From an uncultured cyanobacterium (GTDB lineage: Bacteria; Cyanobacteriota; Cyanobacteriia; Cyanobacteriales; Nostocaceae), in contig CAVUDP010000002.1 of the NCBI GenBank assembly GCA_963740315.1, positions 3,680,001 to 3,744,000 of the forward strand: a stretch of 64,000 nt of DNA. Direction: 5' to 3'. Of this stretch, positions 42,993 to 52,703 are shown piece by piece (the first letter of the stretch is position 1; the number at the start of each line of letters is the position of its first letter). Under the pieces are notes generated by a model. That model was not told the DNA's origin and made no database searches. It saw only the letters and a list, made by a program, of their open reading frames with translations. The translations under genes were made by a program, and so were the position numbers.

Positions 42993-44973
42993 AATCTAAA
43001 AAGTTTTCTACAGCACTACGATATTTCTTATAATCTTTACCATCCTGCCGAGTAATATTAAATATTGCTTTGATAATTTCGTGAATAGCATAACCTTTAC
43101 TGTATAAATTTAATATTGAATTCTTTGACTGTTCATCAATATTTACTTCAACAGCAAAACCATTATTTAAAATTGCTTTACTACCGATTTCACTGTCAGA
43201 AAACTCTTCAATATAATTTGGCTCCCAAGCAGTAAAATTGTCTTCTTGATTGATTGCTTCTTCTAATAGCTGCTCAAAGTATTCAGGCTCCTCTGCATCG
43301 CCAACATAAAGAGCTTGAAGTCGAGTAATTTGAGTAGAAGTTTTATATAAAAAGTCTCCATAACCCAACAAGTTAGCAGCTAAGGTATTATCGTCACCCA
43401 AAATAATACAGCTATCTTCCGGACGAGTAGTAGCAAATGCAGTTTTAGCAGGAAAATTACTTCTAATTAAGGGATTAATAACGTTTTTATCTGGTCGTTG
43501 AGTGTAAAGCATTATATCAATCCCCGCACCCCCAGCTTTTGCTAAAAGTTTCATCATGTCCAATTCAATAGAATTGCAGTAATCTTTATCAGTTAGCAAA
43601 TCAAAACATTCGTCTGTAAAACTTGCTATCCGAGGCATAATCAATTCGGGGTAATGCTTGCGGTTAAATTCGGCTATCGTCTCACAACCGACTTTCTCAA
43701 ACTCCCGATACCGGGCTTCCATTTGCTGTACTAACAAACTAAATAATTCTGCACTCGAAGCTGCATCCTTTGCTACGGGTGCAATTAGATGGGGTAACTT
43801 AGAAAATTTGCTAAAAGTCACTCGTTTAACATCGGATAAAGCTAGCTTGACTACTGACGGGGGATAGCGACGTGCCAGATAAAGTATTGCTGCTTTCTCG
43901 AATTGCGATTTACCCCCACGAGTTCTTCCTCCACCAAGGATATGAGTCACGTTTTCATCTGAGAGGGGAATATCCACGTATTTCCCGTCAACACCCACAC
44001 CACCAGGGATGACAATATTATGTATATCTATAGGTGATGAGAAATCAGCGTAATCTTTGAAATAAACAATTTCTCTATCCTTACGAGGGACATCAATAGC
44101 AGCACCTCCAGGAACAACGGACACCATTGGTGAAGTGTCCATATTTAAAGTATCTCCAAGTTGCTGCACAAAGTCGTTACCAAAATCTTGGATTTTCTTA
44201 AATGAAACTCCTTTACCAAGTTTGATTTTGATGCGGTTAAATGTGGGACCGCATTGTGCGTCAATATATTCTGCTGCTATCTTAAATTCAGCTAGGGTAT
44301 CTATAATCAGCTTTCCGGACTCAGTTGTTGATATGCTTGTTTGTTCAATATCTGTTTTCGCTGATTCCAATGCGTTAATTGGCTCCACACCTTGAGCTTT
44401 AGATATCATTACAGCTGCGCGATCGCAATATTTTATAATCGTTTCATCAGTAGTTGAGCGGGCAATATCAATGAACCACTTAATCGGTTTGTTGTCACAA
44501 AATGCCCTGTAAAGATGTTGCAGTATTATCCGATATGCAACTTCTTTATAGGCAAAGTTTTTAATAGTCTCACACTTTTTAACTAATCCATCAATATCAA
44601 GTTCAATAAGTTCGCTATGTAGGTTATCTAGTTCCCATGCAGAAGGAATGCGATTGATATTGATATAACGCAGTGCGTATTTAACAAACTCGAATTGCTC
44701 CAAGTTGCAGCTATTTGATAATTGATTTAATATTGCTTCATCCTTCTTATTTTGATTTACTAAATAAAAGATATAGTTGAATAATTCCGACAAATGGGAA
44801 AAATAAGGCTCTCGTTGCTTAACATCAAAATCTAAATTATTAACAATAGCAATCGCATTGTCGTGTAAACTATCAGGTAAATTAGCAATAGTTGTTTCTA
44901 ATATTTCATCTTTACCCATTCCCCCATCACGAGCATGAACAATAGCTTTATATATAAAATTATCGAGTTCCAT
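42976..44973 (-). CDS. FtsK/SpoIIIE-family DNA translocase ATPase without N-terminal TM
   Basis: Alpha domain GPTFNRIKIKLGKGV; Walker A HILGGGRTRGGKS; LSDVKRV; MEARYREF; Walker B FTDECFDL; TQRPD..IRSNFPAK; LLGYGDFLY. Confidence 0.92.
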   Translation of the reverse strand: MELDNFIYKAIVHARDGGMGKDEILETTIANLPDSLHDNAIAIVNNLDFDVKQREPYFSHLSELFNYIFYLVNQNKKDEAILNQLSNSCNLEQFEFVKYALRYININRIPSAWELDNLHSELIELDIDGLVKKCETIKNFAYKEVAYRIILQHLYRAFCDNKPIKWFIDIARSTTDETIIKYCDRAAVMISKAQGVEPINALESAKTDIEQTSISTTESGKLIIDTLAEFKIAAEYIDAQCGPTFNRIKIKLGKGVSFKKIQDFGNDFVQQLGDTLNMDTSPMVSVVPGGAAIDVPRKDREIVYFKDYADFSSPIDIHNIVIPGGVGVDGKYVDIPLSDENVTHILGGGRTRGGKSQFEKAAILYLARRYPPSVVKLALSDVKRVTFSKFSKLPHLIAPVAKDAASSAELFSLLVQQMEARYREFEKVGCETIAEFNRKHYPELIMPRIASFTDECFDLLTDKDYCNSIELDMMKLLAKAGGAGIDIMLYTQRPDKNVINPLIRSNFPAKTAFATTRPEDSCIILGDDNTLAANLLGYGDFLYKTSTQITRLQALYVGDAEEPEYFEQLLEEAINQEDNFTAWEPNYIEEFSDSEIGSKAILNNGFAVEVNIDEQSKNSILNLYSKGYAIHEIIKAIFNITRQDGKDYKKYRSAVENFLDCGGDK

Positions 44974-44975
44974 TA

Positions 44976-45686
44976 CTAAATTACTCCCCGATGAGTTAAT
45001 ATTTCATTGATTGCCAATCGTCTGCGGTTTTGGTCAATATCAATACATCCATGCTTCCATTGCGTTGAATTTCGAGGATAAGCAGCAAGCCTTGACATGT
45101 AATATAGTTCTCTACTACAAATATTAAACAAGCCGGACGCACTTAAATTGAATGCATCAATTCGGGAGCGACGAATAGCATCATCAATAGATAATCCAAA
45201 AGATATATTATTTGCATAAATCTGAGGAAAACTATCGCTAACTCTAGGTGCAGCTTGATTCCATAAATCTACGGCATTAATATAAGCAGCAGGATGTTCA
45301 TTTATATCAATATTATACTTTTGAAATAATTTAGTTAATCGCGGCAAACGAGATTTTATTCGACGCAAACAGCCGCGATTTGCACCATTAATATCACCCG
45401 CTTTACTTTTACCGTAGTCGCTACAAAAACCTTGGTTTAATACTCGCTTACCTCCTATTTTTGATGGGTCAATGTGACCGTAATATAATGAGGTAAATTG
45501 ACCATTTTTGTCACAATTACCTTCAGCGCGGCAGATAGCAAGATTGCCGGGACTTTTAATATTAGCAAACAGTTTTTCAGCATTATTCCTATCTATGTAG
45601 CTGAAACCTTGATTGATTGATAATCCAAATAAAGGGGAGGATAGGATTAGTAAAGACAAGATTGTGAGGTGGTAGGGGCGAATCAT
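44976..45686 (-). CDS. Exported lysozyme-like / putative peptidoglycan hydrolase
   Basis: Signal/TM N-terminus; AICRAEGN...YYGHIDP...NQGFCS...DLWNQAAP pattern recalled from cyanobacterial lysozyme-fold domains. Confidence 0.5.
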   Translation of the reverse strand: MIRPYHLTILSLLILSSPLFGLSINQGFSYIDRNNAEKLFANIKSPGNLAICRAEGNCDKNGQFTSLYYGHIDPSKIGGKRVLNQGFCSDYGKSKAGDINGANRGCLRRIKSRLPRLTKLFQKYNIDINEHPAAYINAVDLWNQAAPRVSDSFPQIYANNISFGLSIDDAIRRSRIDAFNLSASGLFNICSRELYYMSRLAAYPRNSTQWKHGCIDIDQNRRRLAINEILTHRGVI

Positions 45687-45689
45687 TTT

Positions 45690-46316
45690 TTATCTCCGGC
45701 GTTGCTGTAGATAGGGACGCGGGTTTACTGGCTTATTATTTAGCCTCACCTCAAAATGTAAATGCGGTCCGGTGGAAAATCCCGTACTTCCCACCTCCCC
45801 AATCATTTGTCCTGTTGCAACTCTTTCTCCTTTTGTTACAAAAAGTTTATTAGCATGACCGTAAAGGGTTGACTTTCGGGCACCGTGATTGACAACGACG
45901 GCTTTTCCATAACCGCCTTTGGAGCCAGCAAACTCAACTAAGCCTGCTTCAAAAGCATAAATTGGAGAACCTTTGGAAGCACCAAAATCAAGACCAGAAT
46001 GAAATTGACGTTTTCCAGTAAGGGGATGAATTCTCCAACCAAAACCACTGGTCATAGGTGAACCTTTTATTGTGGGAAAAGCTGTACTTTGTGATTTGGT
46101 CACGTTGTTCGTAGTTTTTGCGAGTCGTTGGAGTAATCGAATTGGGAGTTGGGACTCAACCCATCCAGAAAATTGAGGAAGTGCGATCGCCGTACATAGA
46201 ACCAACGTAGAAAAACCATATTTCCAATTAGGAGAAATTGGTTTTACTATTGATGCATCTCTTTTATTCGTTTCGGTAGTACTAAAATCAATTAGAAGTC
46301 GCATTGTGGCAGCCAA
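45690..46316 (-). CDS. Membrane-anchored M23 (LytM) metallopeptidase
   Basis: TSGFGWRIHP, HSGLD (HxxxD), GGYG, LYGH, GSTGFSTGPHLHFEVR (HxH). Confidence 0.93.
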   Translation of the reverse strand: MAATMRLLIDFSTTETNKRDASIVKPISPNWKYGFSTLVLCTAIALPQFSGWVESQLPIRLLQRLAKTTNNVTKSQSTAFPTIKGSPMTSGFGWRIHPLTGKRQFHSGLDFGASKGSPIYAFEAGLVEFAGSKGGYGKAVVVNHGARKSTLYGHANKLFVTKGERVATGQMIGEVGSTGFSTGPHLHFEVRLNNKPVNPRPYLQQRRR

Positions 46317-46542
46317 ATCTAGCTCGAATAACTACTTCTAAGTCATTATCAGGCAGGGGGCAAGAAGAAGGTTGCGGAGGGGATACTGTTGGACTAGTTT
46401 CTTTATTATTTAGTCTTGGCAACCTGATATCGATATTGGTCAAGGTAATCTTAGGTTGCCAAAACTTTAAGTATCCAGGTTGGGCTATATCTGCTACGAA
46501 CAAACATAGCACCAACCAAAAGGTTATGCGGACAAACATCAA
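46288..46542 (-). CDS. Small membrane protein
   Basis: N-terminal hydrophobic helix, Pro-rich tail; overlaps the M23 start. Confidence 0.6.
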   Translation of the reverse strand: MMFVRITFWLVLCLFVADIAQPGYLKFWQPKITLTNIDIRLPRLNNKETSPTVSPPQPSSCPLPDNDLEVVIRARFGCHNATSN

Positions 46543-46598
46543 TCCACCAAATCGACAACCGGAGTTAAATTAGGTACATTTTCCGGTGTTAGTTTAAT

Positions 46599-47036
46599 TT
46601 ATTTATTCTGTACGTAACCAGGACCAGAATAATTACCATTTAGCAAGAAATTAATTCCACCAATGCCCAACCACAACATCACAATGGCAATACCTACGGG
46701 GGATGAAATCGCATCTTTGAGCCAATAGAAGATATACCAAAAGTAACGTAAATTGTTGTGAGGATGGAATCTATGAGCTTTCCAATAATCTGTTACGGGG
46801 ACATAAATCTCTGGCACTCGATTAACCGCCGGTTTATTCTGAGAATTTACGTGATGTACGCTAATACCTTGTTCGCGGTGTATTGAAGTCGGCTCGACGT
46901 TAATAGTAGTTGGTTGTTGAGTCGGATATTGCTGTTGTTGAGCGTTATGTAACATTTGCGCTAATTGTTGTTGTGTCGCTAATTGACCGGGTTGAGAATA
47001 GTCAACACCAAAATCTCTACGTCTATTATTTGCCAT
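46599..47036 (-). CDS. Hypothetical membrane protein, Gln-rich N-terminus
   Basis: GAGG RBS; C-terminal TM VGIAIVMLWLGIGGINFLL. Confidence 0.7.
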   Translation of the reverse strand: MANNRRRDFGVDYSQPGQLATQQQLAQMLHNAQQQQYPTQQPTTINVEPTSIHREQGISVHHVNSQNKPAVNRVPEIYVPVTDYWKAHRFHPHNNLRYFWYIFYWLKDAISSPVGIAIVMLWLGIGGINFLLNGNYSGPGYVQNK

Positions 47037-47047
47037 AATTTACCTCT

Positions 47048-47524
47048 TTAATCAGACCAAACATCGTCTTCTAAAGCATTTTTGAATTGTTCGGGGGTTA
47101 TCGGCACGCTACCATCGGCAGTAGGGCGACGAAACGGAACTAAGTTTTGAAATTCGGGTTTAACACCCTCAAATTGCTGTGATTGGATTGCACCTTCATC
47201 TAAAAATTGGGGCATTTGGGTATCGGTGTCGGGCATCGGTGGCACAACAGGTGCAGGAGCCTCAGTGGAATCAACACCGAGGTCGATATTGGAGTTATAT
47301 TCCCAAATAGCCCAGGCAATTAAACTGATACTTGCTGCAAAAAAGACTCCACCCGACAACCAATGCAAGCTAGTTCCCGGAGGTTTCATCTGAGCGACAG
47401 TAGGACGCGAAGAATTACCTAAAGTAGTCTTCACCGGAATCTGCCGCACCGCTCCCAATACGTTAAATAATGAGAGCAAAAAGCATACACCCGCGCCAAT
47501 AAATTTGACATACACATTAATCAA
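47048..47524 (-). CDS. Hypothetical 2-TM membrane protein
   Basis: AGGAG RBS; two hydrophobic segments, acidic/Pro-rich tail. Confidence 0.7.
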   Translation of the reverse strand: MINVYVKFIGAGVCFLLSLFNVLGAVRQIPVKTTLGNSSRPTVAQMKPPGTSLHWLSGGVFFAASISLIAWAIWEYNSNIDLGVDSTEAPAPVVPPMPDTDTQMPQFLDEGAIQSQQFEGVKPEFQNLVPFRRPTADGSVPITPEQFKNALEDDVWSD

Positions 47525-48353
47525 CTCCTTGTTTGGATTTTTTCAACTGCTCTAGTTTCAGCTTTCTCTTACGCAATGATTCAGCTATACTCTGACGTAT
47601 TATTGGTACTTCTGATAACTGCCGCACGGGGTCTTTATAGCCCTGAACCCGCAAATAGTTCGCTTGGGATAGAGCGTATGGCTCTTGTACCGTCTGGATT
47701 TGCGTTACCATTTGATTCAAATCCACTATCGGACGATTCTGTAAATTCTCGGCATAGTCAATAGCCTCTAACTTACCTAAAAGCAATACCGCAGCACCAC
47801 CCGTACTTAACTTTTGCTCAACTTTAGTACCATCTGTCTTGATATAGCTGTAGGTAAAACTATTGTTTCCGGCTGCTACTTCAATCAAAGCATCCATCGT
47901 ATCAAGTTTTGTGATCGCTAATGCTGCTATATGATGCAGCCTAAAGAAGGGTGAATTTTCATTACTCTGCTGGTTGTTAATATTTTGCAATATTTCTCCC
48001 GACCATTGTGCCGCAGCTAGTTGCCGCCAACCCGTTAGAGTAACACTTCCATCAACACTGAAGTTTTGTAACTCGTCGGGATTGAAGTCGGTGCGAGTCA
48101 ACTTCTCGATATAAATACGCCGTCGGGAATCTGTTATTTCTTTAGCGCGAGTAATAGCAGAAACAGTGGATGGTACTTCACCTCGTCTACCTATGATAAT
48201 TGCAGCGGCTGCCAACACCGAACCCAATCCAACCGTTGCACAACAAACCCACAACACTATGTCGATTTTTCGACTGCGCTTTTTGAGTTTGGGTATATCA
48301 TTCGCACTCGTATTACTCGAATTAAATTTATCCCTTTTAGGAAGTAACTGCAT
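47517..48353 (-). CDS. Hypothetical single-TM protein
   Basis: Basic stretch, then TM IVLWVCCATVGLGSVLAAAAIII, then a helical domain. Confidence 0.75.
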   Translation of the reverse strand: MQLLPKRDKFNSSNTSANDIPKLKKRSRKIDIVLWVCCATVGLGSVLAAAAIIIGRRGEVPSTVSAITRAKEITDSRRRIYIEKLTRTDFNPDELQNFSVDGSVTLTGWRQLAAAQWSGEILQNINNQQSNENSPFFRLHHIAALAITKLDTMDALIEVAAGNNSFTYSYIKTDGTKVEQKLSTGGAAVLLLGKLEAIDYAENLQNRPIVDLNQMVTQIQTVQEPYALSQANYLRVQGYKDPVRQLSEVPIIRQSIAESLRKRKLKLEQLKKSKQGVD

Positions 48354-48358
48354 GGCTA

Positions 48359-48586
48359 TTAACTGTTATCAACTATCACGTACAAAGGTTCCCTTGAATA
48401 ACTTACAAAAGTCGAACGCAGTATACACACCCATGCGCCGCCAAAAACCGCGCCCATGAGCAATAGCAAAGGATTAATTGCAAGGGCTGCACCGACTCCC
48501 ATTGCGTGACCGATAAATCCGCTAATACCGCATCCGGTCAATATTCCACCACCGATATTAATGAAAAAATCTTTAATCGCTCTCAT
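48359..48586 (-). CDS. Small Gly-rich 2-TM protein
   Basis: IGGGILTGCGISGFIG..GVGAALAINPLLLLMGAVFGGAW. Confidence 0.65.
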   Translation of the reverse strand: MRAIKDFFINIGGGILTGCGISGFIGHAMGVGAALAINPLLLLMGAVFGGAWVCILRSTFVSYSREPLYVIVDNS

Positions 48587-48923
48587 GAATACTAAACTCC
48601 CTGGTTATCTTCAAAATCAAAGTAAGTGCAACAGAAATTCCAACTAAGCCACCAAATAAAGAACCGTAAATTACCTTTGGTATGTTCGTCTGCTGTGGAG
48701 GAGATAAGACCAATCCCGTTACCATCCCGGAAAAGCTACCCAAAAATACAATTCCCATACCCTGCATCGCTACAATCCTAAGTTGTCGGGATTGCTCGCC
48801 AAGGTAAGATTCTATTGACGGCATCATCAAGGTTATGACTTCTCGGGCAAGGATTTTGTCTTCGACACTGATTTCAATTGTTGAGGCTGCATTTCCAACG
48901 ACGGATGCGGCTCCTCTCCCCAA
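48573..48923 (-). CDS. Small Gly-rich 2-TM protein; start uncertain
   Basis: GMGIVFLGSFSGMVTGLVL and VIYGSLFGGLVGISVALTLIL. Confidence 0.65.
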   Translation of the reverse strand: MGRGAASVVGNAASTIEISVEDKILAREVITLMMPSIESYLGEQSRQLRIVAMQGMGIVFLGSFSGMVTGLVLSPPQQTNIPKVIYGSLFGGLVGISVALTLILKITREFSIHESD

Positions 48924-48935
48924 TTGACAATGCCC

Positions 48936-49424
48936 TTAAAAATCATCGTCGATACGCTTGTAAACTCGACCTTGTACTTCTTCTAATTCTGTTGTTGGTT
49001 CTTGGACACCGTTAAATAACATATCTTCTAACATCAAAGTAGAAGTTTCGAGAACTACTTTATGTCGTAATGTTGCCAGTTGCTTTCCTCTTTTAACATC
49101 CGAATGCAACACTTTAACGAAGCTATTAGATTCAGATTCTTCGGGGTTTACGCCAAATCTTTGTTGGATATATTGGTTTTCATCAAATGTATGTTCGCTA
49201 TTAGAATTGGAGCGTTCTGAGCGCATTTCCAGTAAATGGTTAGCAGCTTCTTCTAGGGACATATTTTCAGCAGCAGCTACTTCTTTTAATTGAACTAATT
49301 GTCGCTCTACTTCCGGCTTGATAGTACTATCTTTATTTACAACTAAGCTTAGTTTTTTACATACCTTAATTACTATTTCAGGTGTAGTTTGTAAAGTTTG
49401 GGCTATTTTGTTGATGTGTTTCAT
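48936..49424 (-). CDS. Hypothetical protein with N-terminal HTH-like segment
   Basis: Probable start MKHINKIAQTLQTTPEIVIKVCKKL after AGGAGA. Confidence 0.7.
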   Translation of the reverse strand: MKHINKIAQTLQTTPEIVIKVCKKLSLVVNKDSTIKPEVERQLVQLKEVAAAENMSLEEAANHLLEMRSERSNSNSEHTFDENQYIQQRFGVNPEESESNSFVKVLHSDVKRGKQLATLRHKVVLETSTLMLEDMLFNGVQEPTTELEEVQGRVYKRIDDDF

Positions 49425-49779
49425 ATCTCTCAATTCTCCTAATAACAGATTTAACAATTGGGTCTTGTTTTTCGTCTTCAGAAATATATTTCGTCAAAAA
49501 ATCGTACAGGCTAAGTCCGTTAGTTTGTCGCATAAATTCATCTAAACCACCAGAAGGAATTACCCTTTCTAAGTATTCGTATCGGGTTAGTCGCCTTATC
49601 CTAGTGGCAACGTAAAAAAAATCGGCAGTTTGAACCGCGTCTAAGTCAAAGTATCCTCCTCGCTTCTTAGGTTTGACTATCCCGGCATAGGGATACCACT
49701 GTTGCAAAGCCGAAATAGTTATTCCATATCTTTGAGCAAGACTTTTTTGGGTATATATAATATTGTCATCACATACCAT
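49378..49779 (-). CDS. MerR/excisionase-like HTH protein, first gene of the operon
   Basis: YTQKSLAQRYGITISALQQWYPYAGIVKPKKRGGYFD. Confidence 0.7.
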   Translation of the reverse strand: MVCDDNIIYTQKSLAQRYGITISALQQWYPYAGIVKPKKRGGYFDLDAVQTADFFYVATRIRRLTRYEYLERVIPSGGLDEFMRQTNGLSLYDFLTKYISEDEKQDPIVKSVIRRIERYETHQQNSPNFTNYT

Positions 49780-50383
49780 CGTGGAGTTTAATTACTACTT
49801 GAAACAAGGAAAGATTCAGTGATTATTTGACGATAGTGCTTGTAGAGTATATTTTTCTTCACAAGCGTTATCGCTTCTATTCAACTTGAGATAAATTAAA
49901 GTTAAGCTTAAATCGCTGTTCTTTACACAATCTATATAGACATAGAATTAGAAGCGTTTCAAGTTCAACAGCCAGTAAATTCAAATTTTCTGAAAATCAG
50001 TAAATAGCAATATTTCCGCTTAATTTATAAAGTCAGTTTATGTATTGCTAACCTATTAATAGCCGATATAAAAAGGTTGTGCTTTAAAAATATCGTTACT
50101 ATTGAATTATCATGTTTCTCTTAAATGCAACTGTGAGACAAGTCTTCTTGGTTAAATTACCAAATTTTTCAGCACAATAATATAACCCACATTCACAGTG
50201 TAGTATAACAATAGATAATCGCTTGATTTTTATCAGGTGTTAAGTTCAAAATTATGCTTACATAATTTTAAATATCAGTTAAAAACAAGAGATAAAGTAT
50301 ATTCATTAACTTTAATTTAATTCTAAAGACAGTAATAACAATTTTGTGAAACTTAAAGCGCGGAATAAGGAATATAAATATAG

Positions 50384-51214
50384 TTAGCTAAAAGATTCAA
50401 CAACTTCCCAATTACCGGGTTTACTTACACAAATTCTAGCGGGAACGTCTAAATAATTATCAACAAAGAAATAGTGGGAATAATATCTTCTCAAATCACC
50501 ATTAGGTGCGCGAAGCAAGTAATCAAAATCAGAGATAAAGTAATCGCGACTTACTACATTAATAAGTTGTTGATAATAGTTGAAATTACCACTGTCAAAG
50601 CTATCGCGCCATAACATTAAAAAATTTAAACCAATCCAATCTCGTCCTCTCCATCCACAACCACGGTCGGGAGCTTGCAAATCGTTTACCATCAAGCAGG
50701 TATTGCTTGTCATATCAGTAGCGGTCACAATATAACCTCTACGGCGCATTTCAAGCATAAATTGTTGAATTACTTCGTAGCTAGCATTCTTTAAATAAGT
50801 CGAAGGTAATTCAAAACCGCTTATATCTATAGAAGAACTATTCTCTTGATTTGAATTGATAGCAGAATTTTTAAATTTGTTTTCTAGAACAGTTGAATTA
50901 TTGTCAATCATAACTGCTAACCTTTTTGAAGTAGATGCTAATAATGAAGAAATAGGAAAATATCTATTACCAGAACCATTCCAAAATATTTTCAGTTCCT
51001 TTATTCCCCAGTCACATAGTAGAGGAACTATATGAATATAATTATTTTTAAGAGAAACAGCTAATTCTTTGCTTGTAACCCACAAAATCGCATTATTGTC
51101 CTCGAAATATAATTTACTATTAGATGAATCTACAACGGGTAATTGCGCTCTAAGTAAATTAGCTGCGTGAGAATCAATTATTTTTAAAGCTTTAGTAACT
51201 ATTAAATGGCTCAT
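50384..51214 (-). CDS. Hypothetical protein with possible C-terminal PAS-like domain
   Basis: IVTATDM..CLMVND..DWIGLNF..FDYLLRAPNGDLRRY pattern; ATGA-coupled to the upstream regulator. Confidence 0.55.
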   Translation of the reverse strand: MSHLIVTKALKIIDSHAANLLRAQLPVVDSSNSKLYFEDNNAILWVTSKELAVSLKNNYIHIVPLLCDWGIKELKIFWNGSGNRYFPISSLLASTSKRLAVMIDNNSTVLENKFKNSAINSNQENSSSIDISGFELPSTYLKNASYEVIQQFMLEMRRRGYIVTATDMTSNTCLMVNDLQAPDRGCGWRGRDWIGLNFLMLWRDSFDSGNFNYYQQLINVVSRDYFISDFDYLLRAPNGDLRRYYSHYFFVDNYLDVPARICVSKPGNWEVVESFS

Positions 51215-51804
51215 GGACGCATTTCCTCTCCTGAAGTATGACCGTTGCCAAAAAAGCTTTTTCTAATAGTAATCACTTCTTCTAGTGTATAAGTACTACC
51301 ATCATCCTTAGTTAAGAAGGTAGCGATAGAAATTAAATCTAAGTCAGATGGGTATTCGCCATTTAATAAAGCGTTTACTCTTTCAATAGGTAGCGCCACA
51401 TCGGAGGCGAAAGCTGCAACATCTTTGCTGTAACGTGAATCTACCTCTTTTTTTACAAGGTCCGCTATGGAATATTCCACGGAATGCTCTATTTCAATAT
51501 AATTGCCAACTAATAGTTTACTTGCAATGCTGATAAATTCGGCTAGGTGTTCTTTAGTAAACGTTTTGAGTGAATTTATAACGAATTGAGGAGTTATTCT
51601 CTTCTCACCTTCAACCTGCTCAACGTTAATAGAACCTCTACCATATAATTCGACAACTTCAGCTAAAGATAGACCTTCTTGCTCGGCACGTTTCCTCGCC
51701 AATCGCTTACCTGTAGGAGTAAGTCGCAAGGACAAATTCTCCGACTTGCTCTCAGTCCAAATTTCACCTACGCCTTTTACAGGCAGTTTTCCTTTTTTAC
51801 CCAT
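51211..51804 (-). CDS. Putative regulator: N-terminal ribbon-helix-helix plus C-terminal HTH
   Basis: LSLRLTPTGKRLARKRAEQEGLSLAEVVE; VAAFASDVALPIERVNALLNGEYPSDLDLISIA. Confidence 0.7.
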   Translation of the reverse strand: MGKKGKLPVKGVGEIWTESKSENLSLRLTPTGKRLARKRAEQEGLSLAEVVELYGRGSINVEQVEGEKRITPQFVINSLKTFTKEHLAEFISIASKLLVGNYIEIEHSVEYSIADLVKKEVDSRYSKDVAAFASDVALPIERVNALLNGEYPSDLDLISIATFLTKDDGSTYTLEEVITIRKSFFGNGHTSGEEMRP

Positions 51805-52070
51805 ACCCCCAATTTAGCTTTAAATACTTTTGGTGCAGTAGCATCACTATATCTTTACAAAAATTAATTTGGTGAATTTAAGCGAATATGTCCGAAAACA
51901 TTGCAGTCGAAGAATTTGCAGTGCAATTGCATGAATTTGACTTGATGGCAAGTGCGAGATATTATATGAATAATTTCTGGATATTAGCTGCATGACACAA
52001 ATTAGAAAAAGATTGATATTAGACGATTGCACATGACTTACCAAATTTTAGTACTTTATGCATCCTATTT

Positions 52071-52676
52071 GTGCGAAATATTCGACTTGTAAGGAAAATG
52101 AACAACTACGAAAGTATAAAACATTTACCATCTGAAATTCCTGCCCCAAGACAATTTTTAAGATATTGCTTCGGTTTTAATAAGCTTACTCCAGAAGAAA
52201 TTTTGGATGAGGAGATTAGTTTTGGATACTCCGTAAAATGCGTAAATCTACTTTCCAAAATATTAGGGATCCAGAAAAAAACGGTCAGAGGTTGGGGGGA
52301 TAATCCAAATTTTGAAGATATGCCCCAACACGCACGCACGACCTGTAGCTACGTCCAAGTAGCACTATCTTCAGAGATATTGAAAAGAATTGCTAGCTCC
52401 GAGTATGTAGCTCCAAGGGTAACAGCAAATCAATTCATCAATGAAATGTTGTTAAAGGGTTTATCACATAGTGAAAGATTGAAAATAGTTAGCTCCACGA
52501 AATTTCGGGGACAATATCTTACGCTGCTATCAGAGACTTTAACAATTTCCAAGCGCACGATATACGAATGGGGAGGAGACATCGAACTCCCGAAGATGCC
52601 TTTATACCATCAACATACTTTGGCATATGCGCTTGCAGCTTACCGCAAGAAACAGCAGCAGAATATCGCTGCTTAA
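52071..52676 (+). CDS. Putative DNA-binding protein with two internally repeated HTH-like domains
   Basis: LLSKILGIQKKTVRGWG..MPQH versus LLSETLTISKRTIYEWG..MPLY; ATG 52098 is an alternative start. Confidence 0.7.
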   Translation: MRNIRLVRKMNNYESIKHLPSEIPAPRQFLRYCFGFNKLTPEEILDEEISFGYSVKCVNLLSKILGIQKKTVRGWGDNPNFEDMPQHARTTCSYVQVALSSEILKRIASSEYVAPRVTANQFINEMLLKGLSHSERLKIVSSTKFRGQYLTLLSETLTISKRTIYEWGGDIELPKMPLYHQHTLAYALAAYRKKQQQNIAA

Positions 52677-52703
52677 TATTTGATCTAGTCGGATGAATAA
52701 AAA

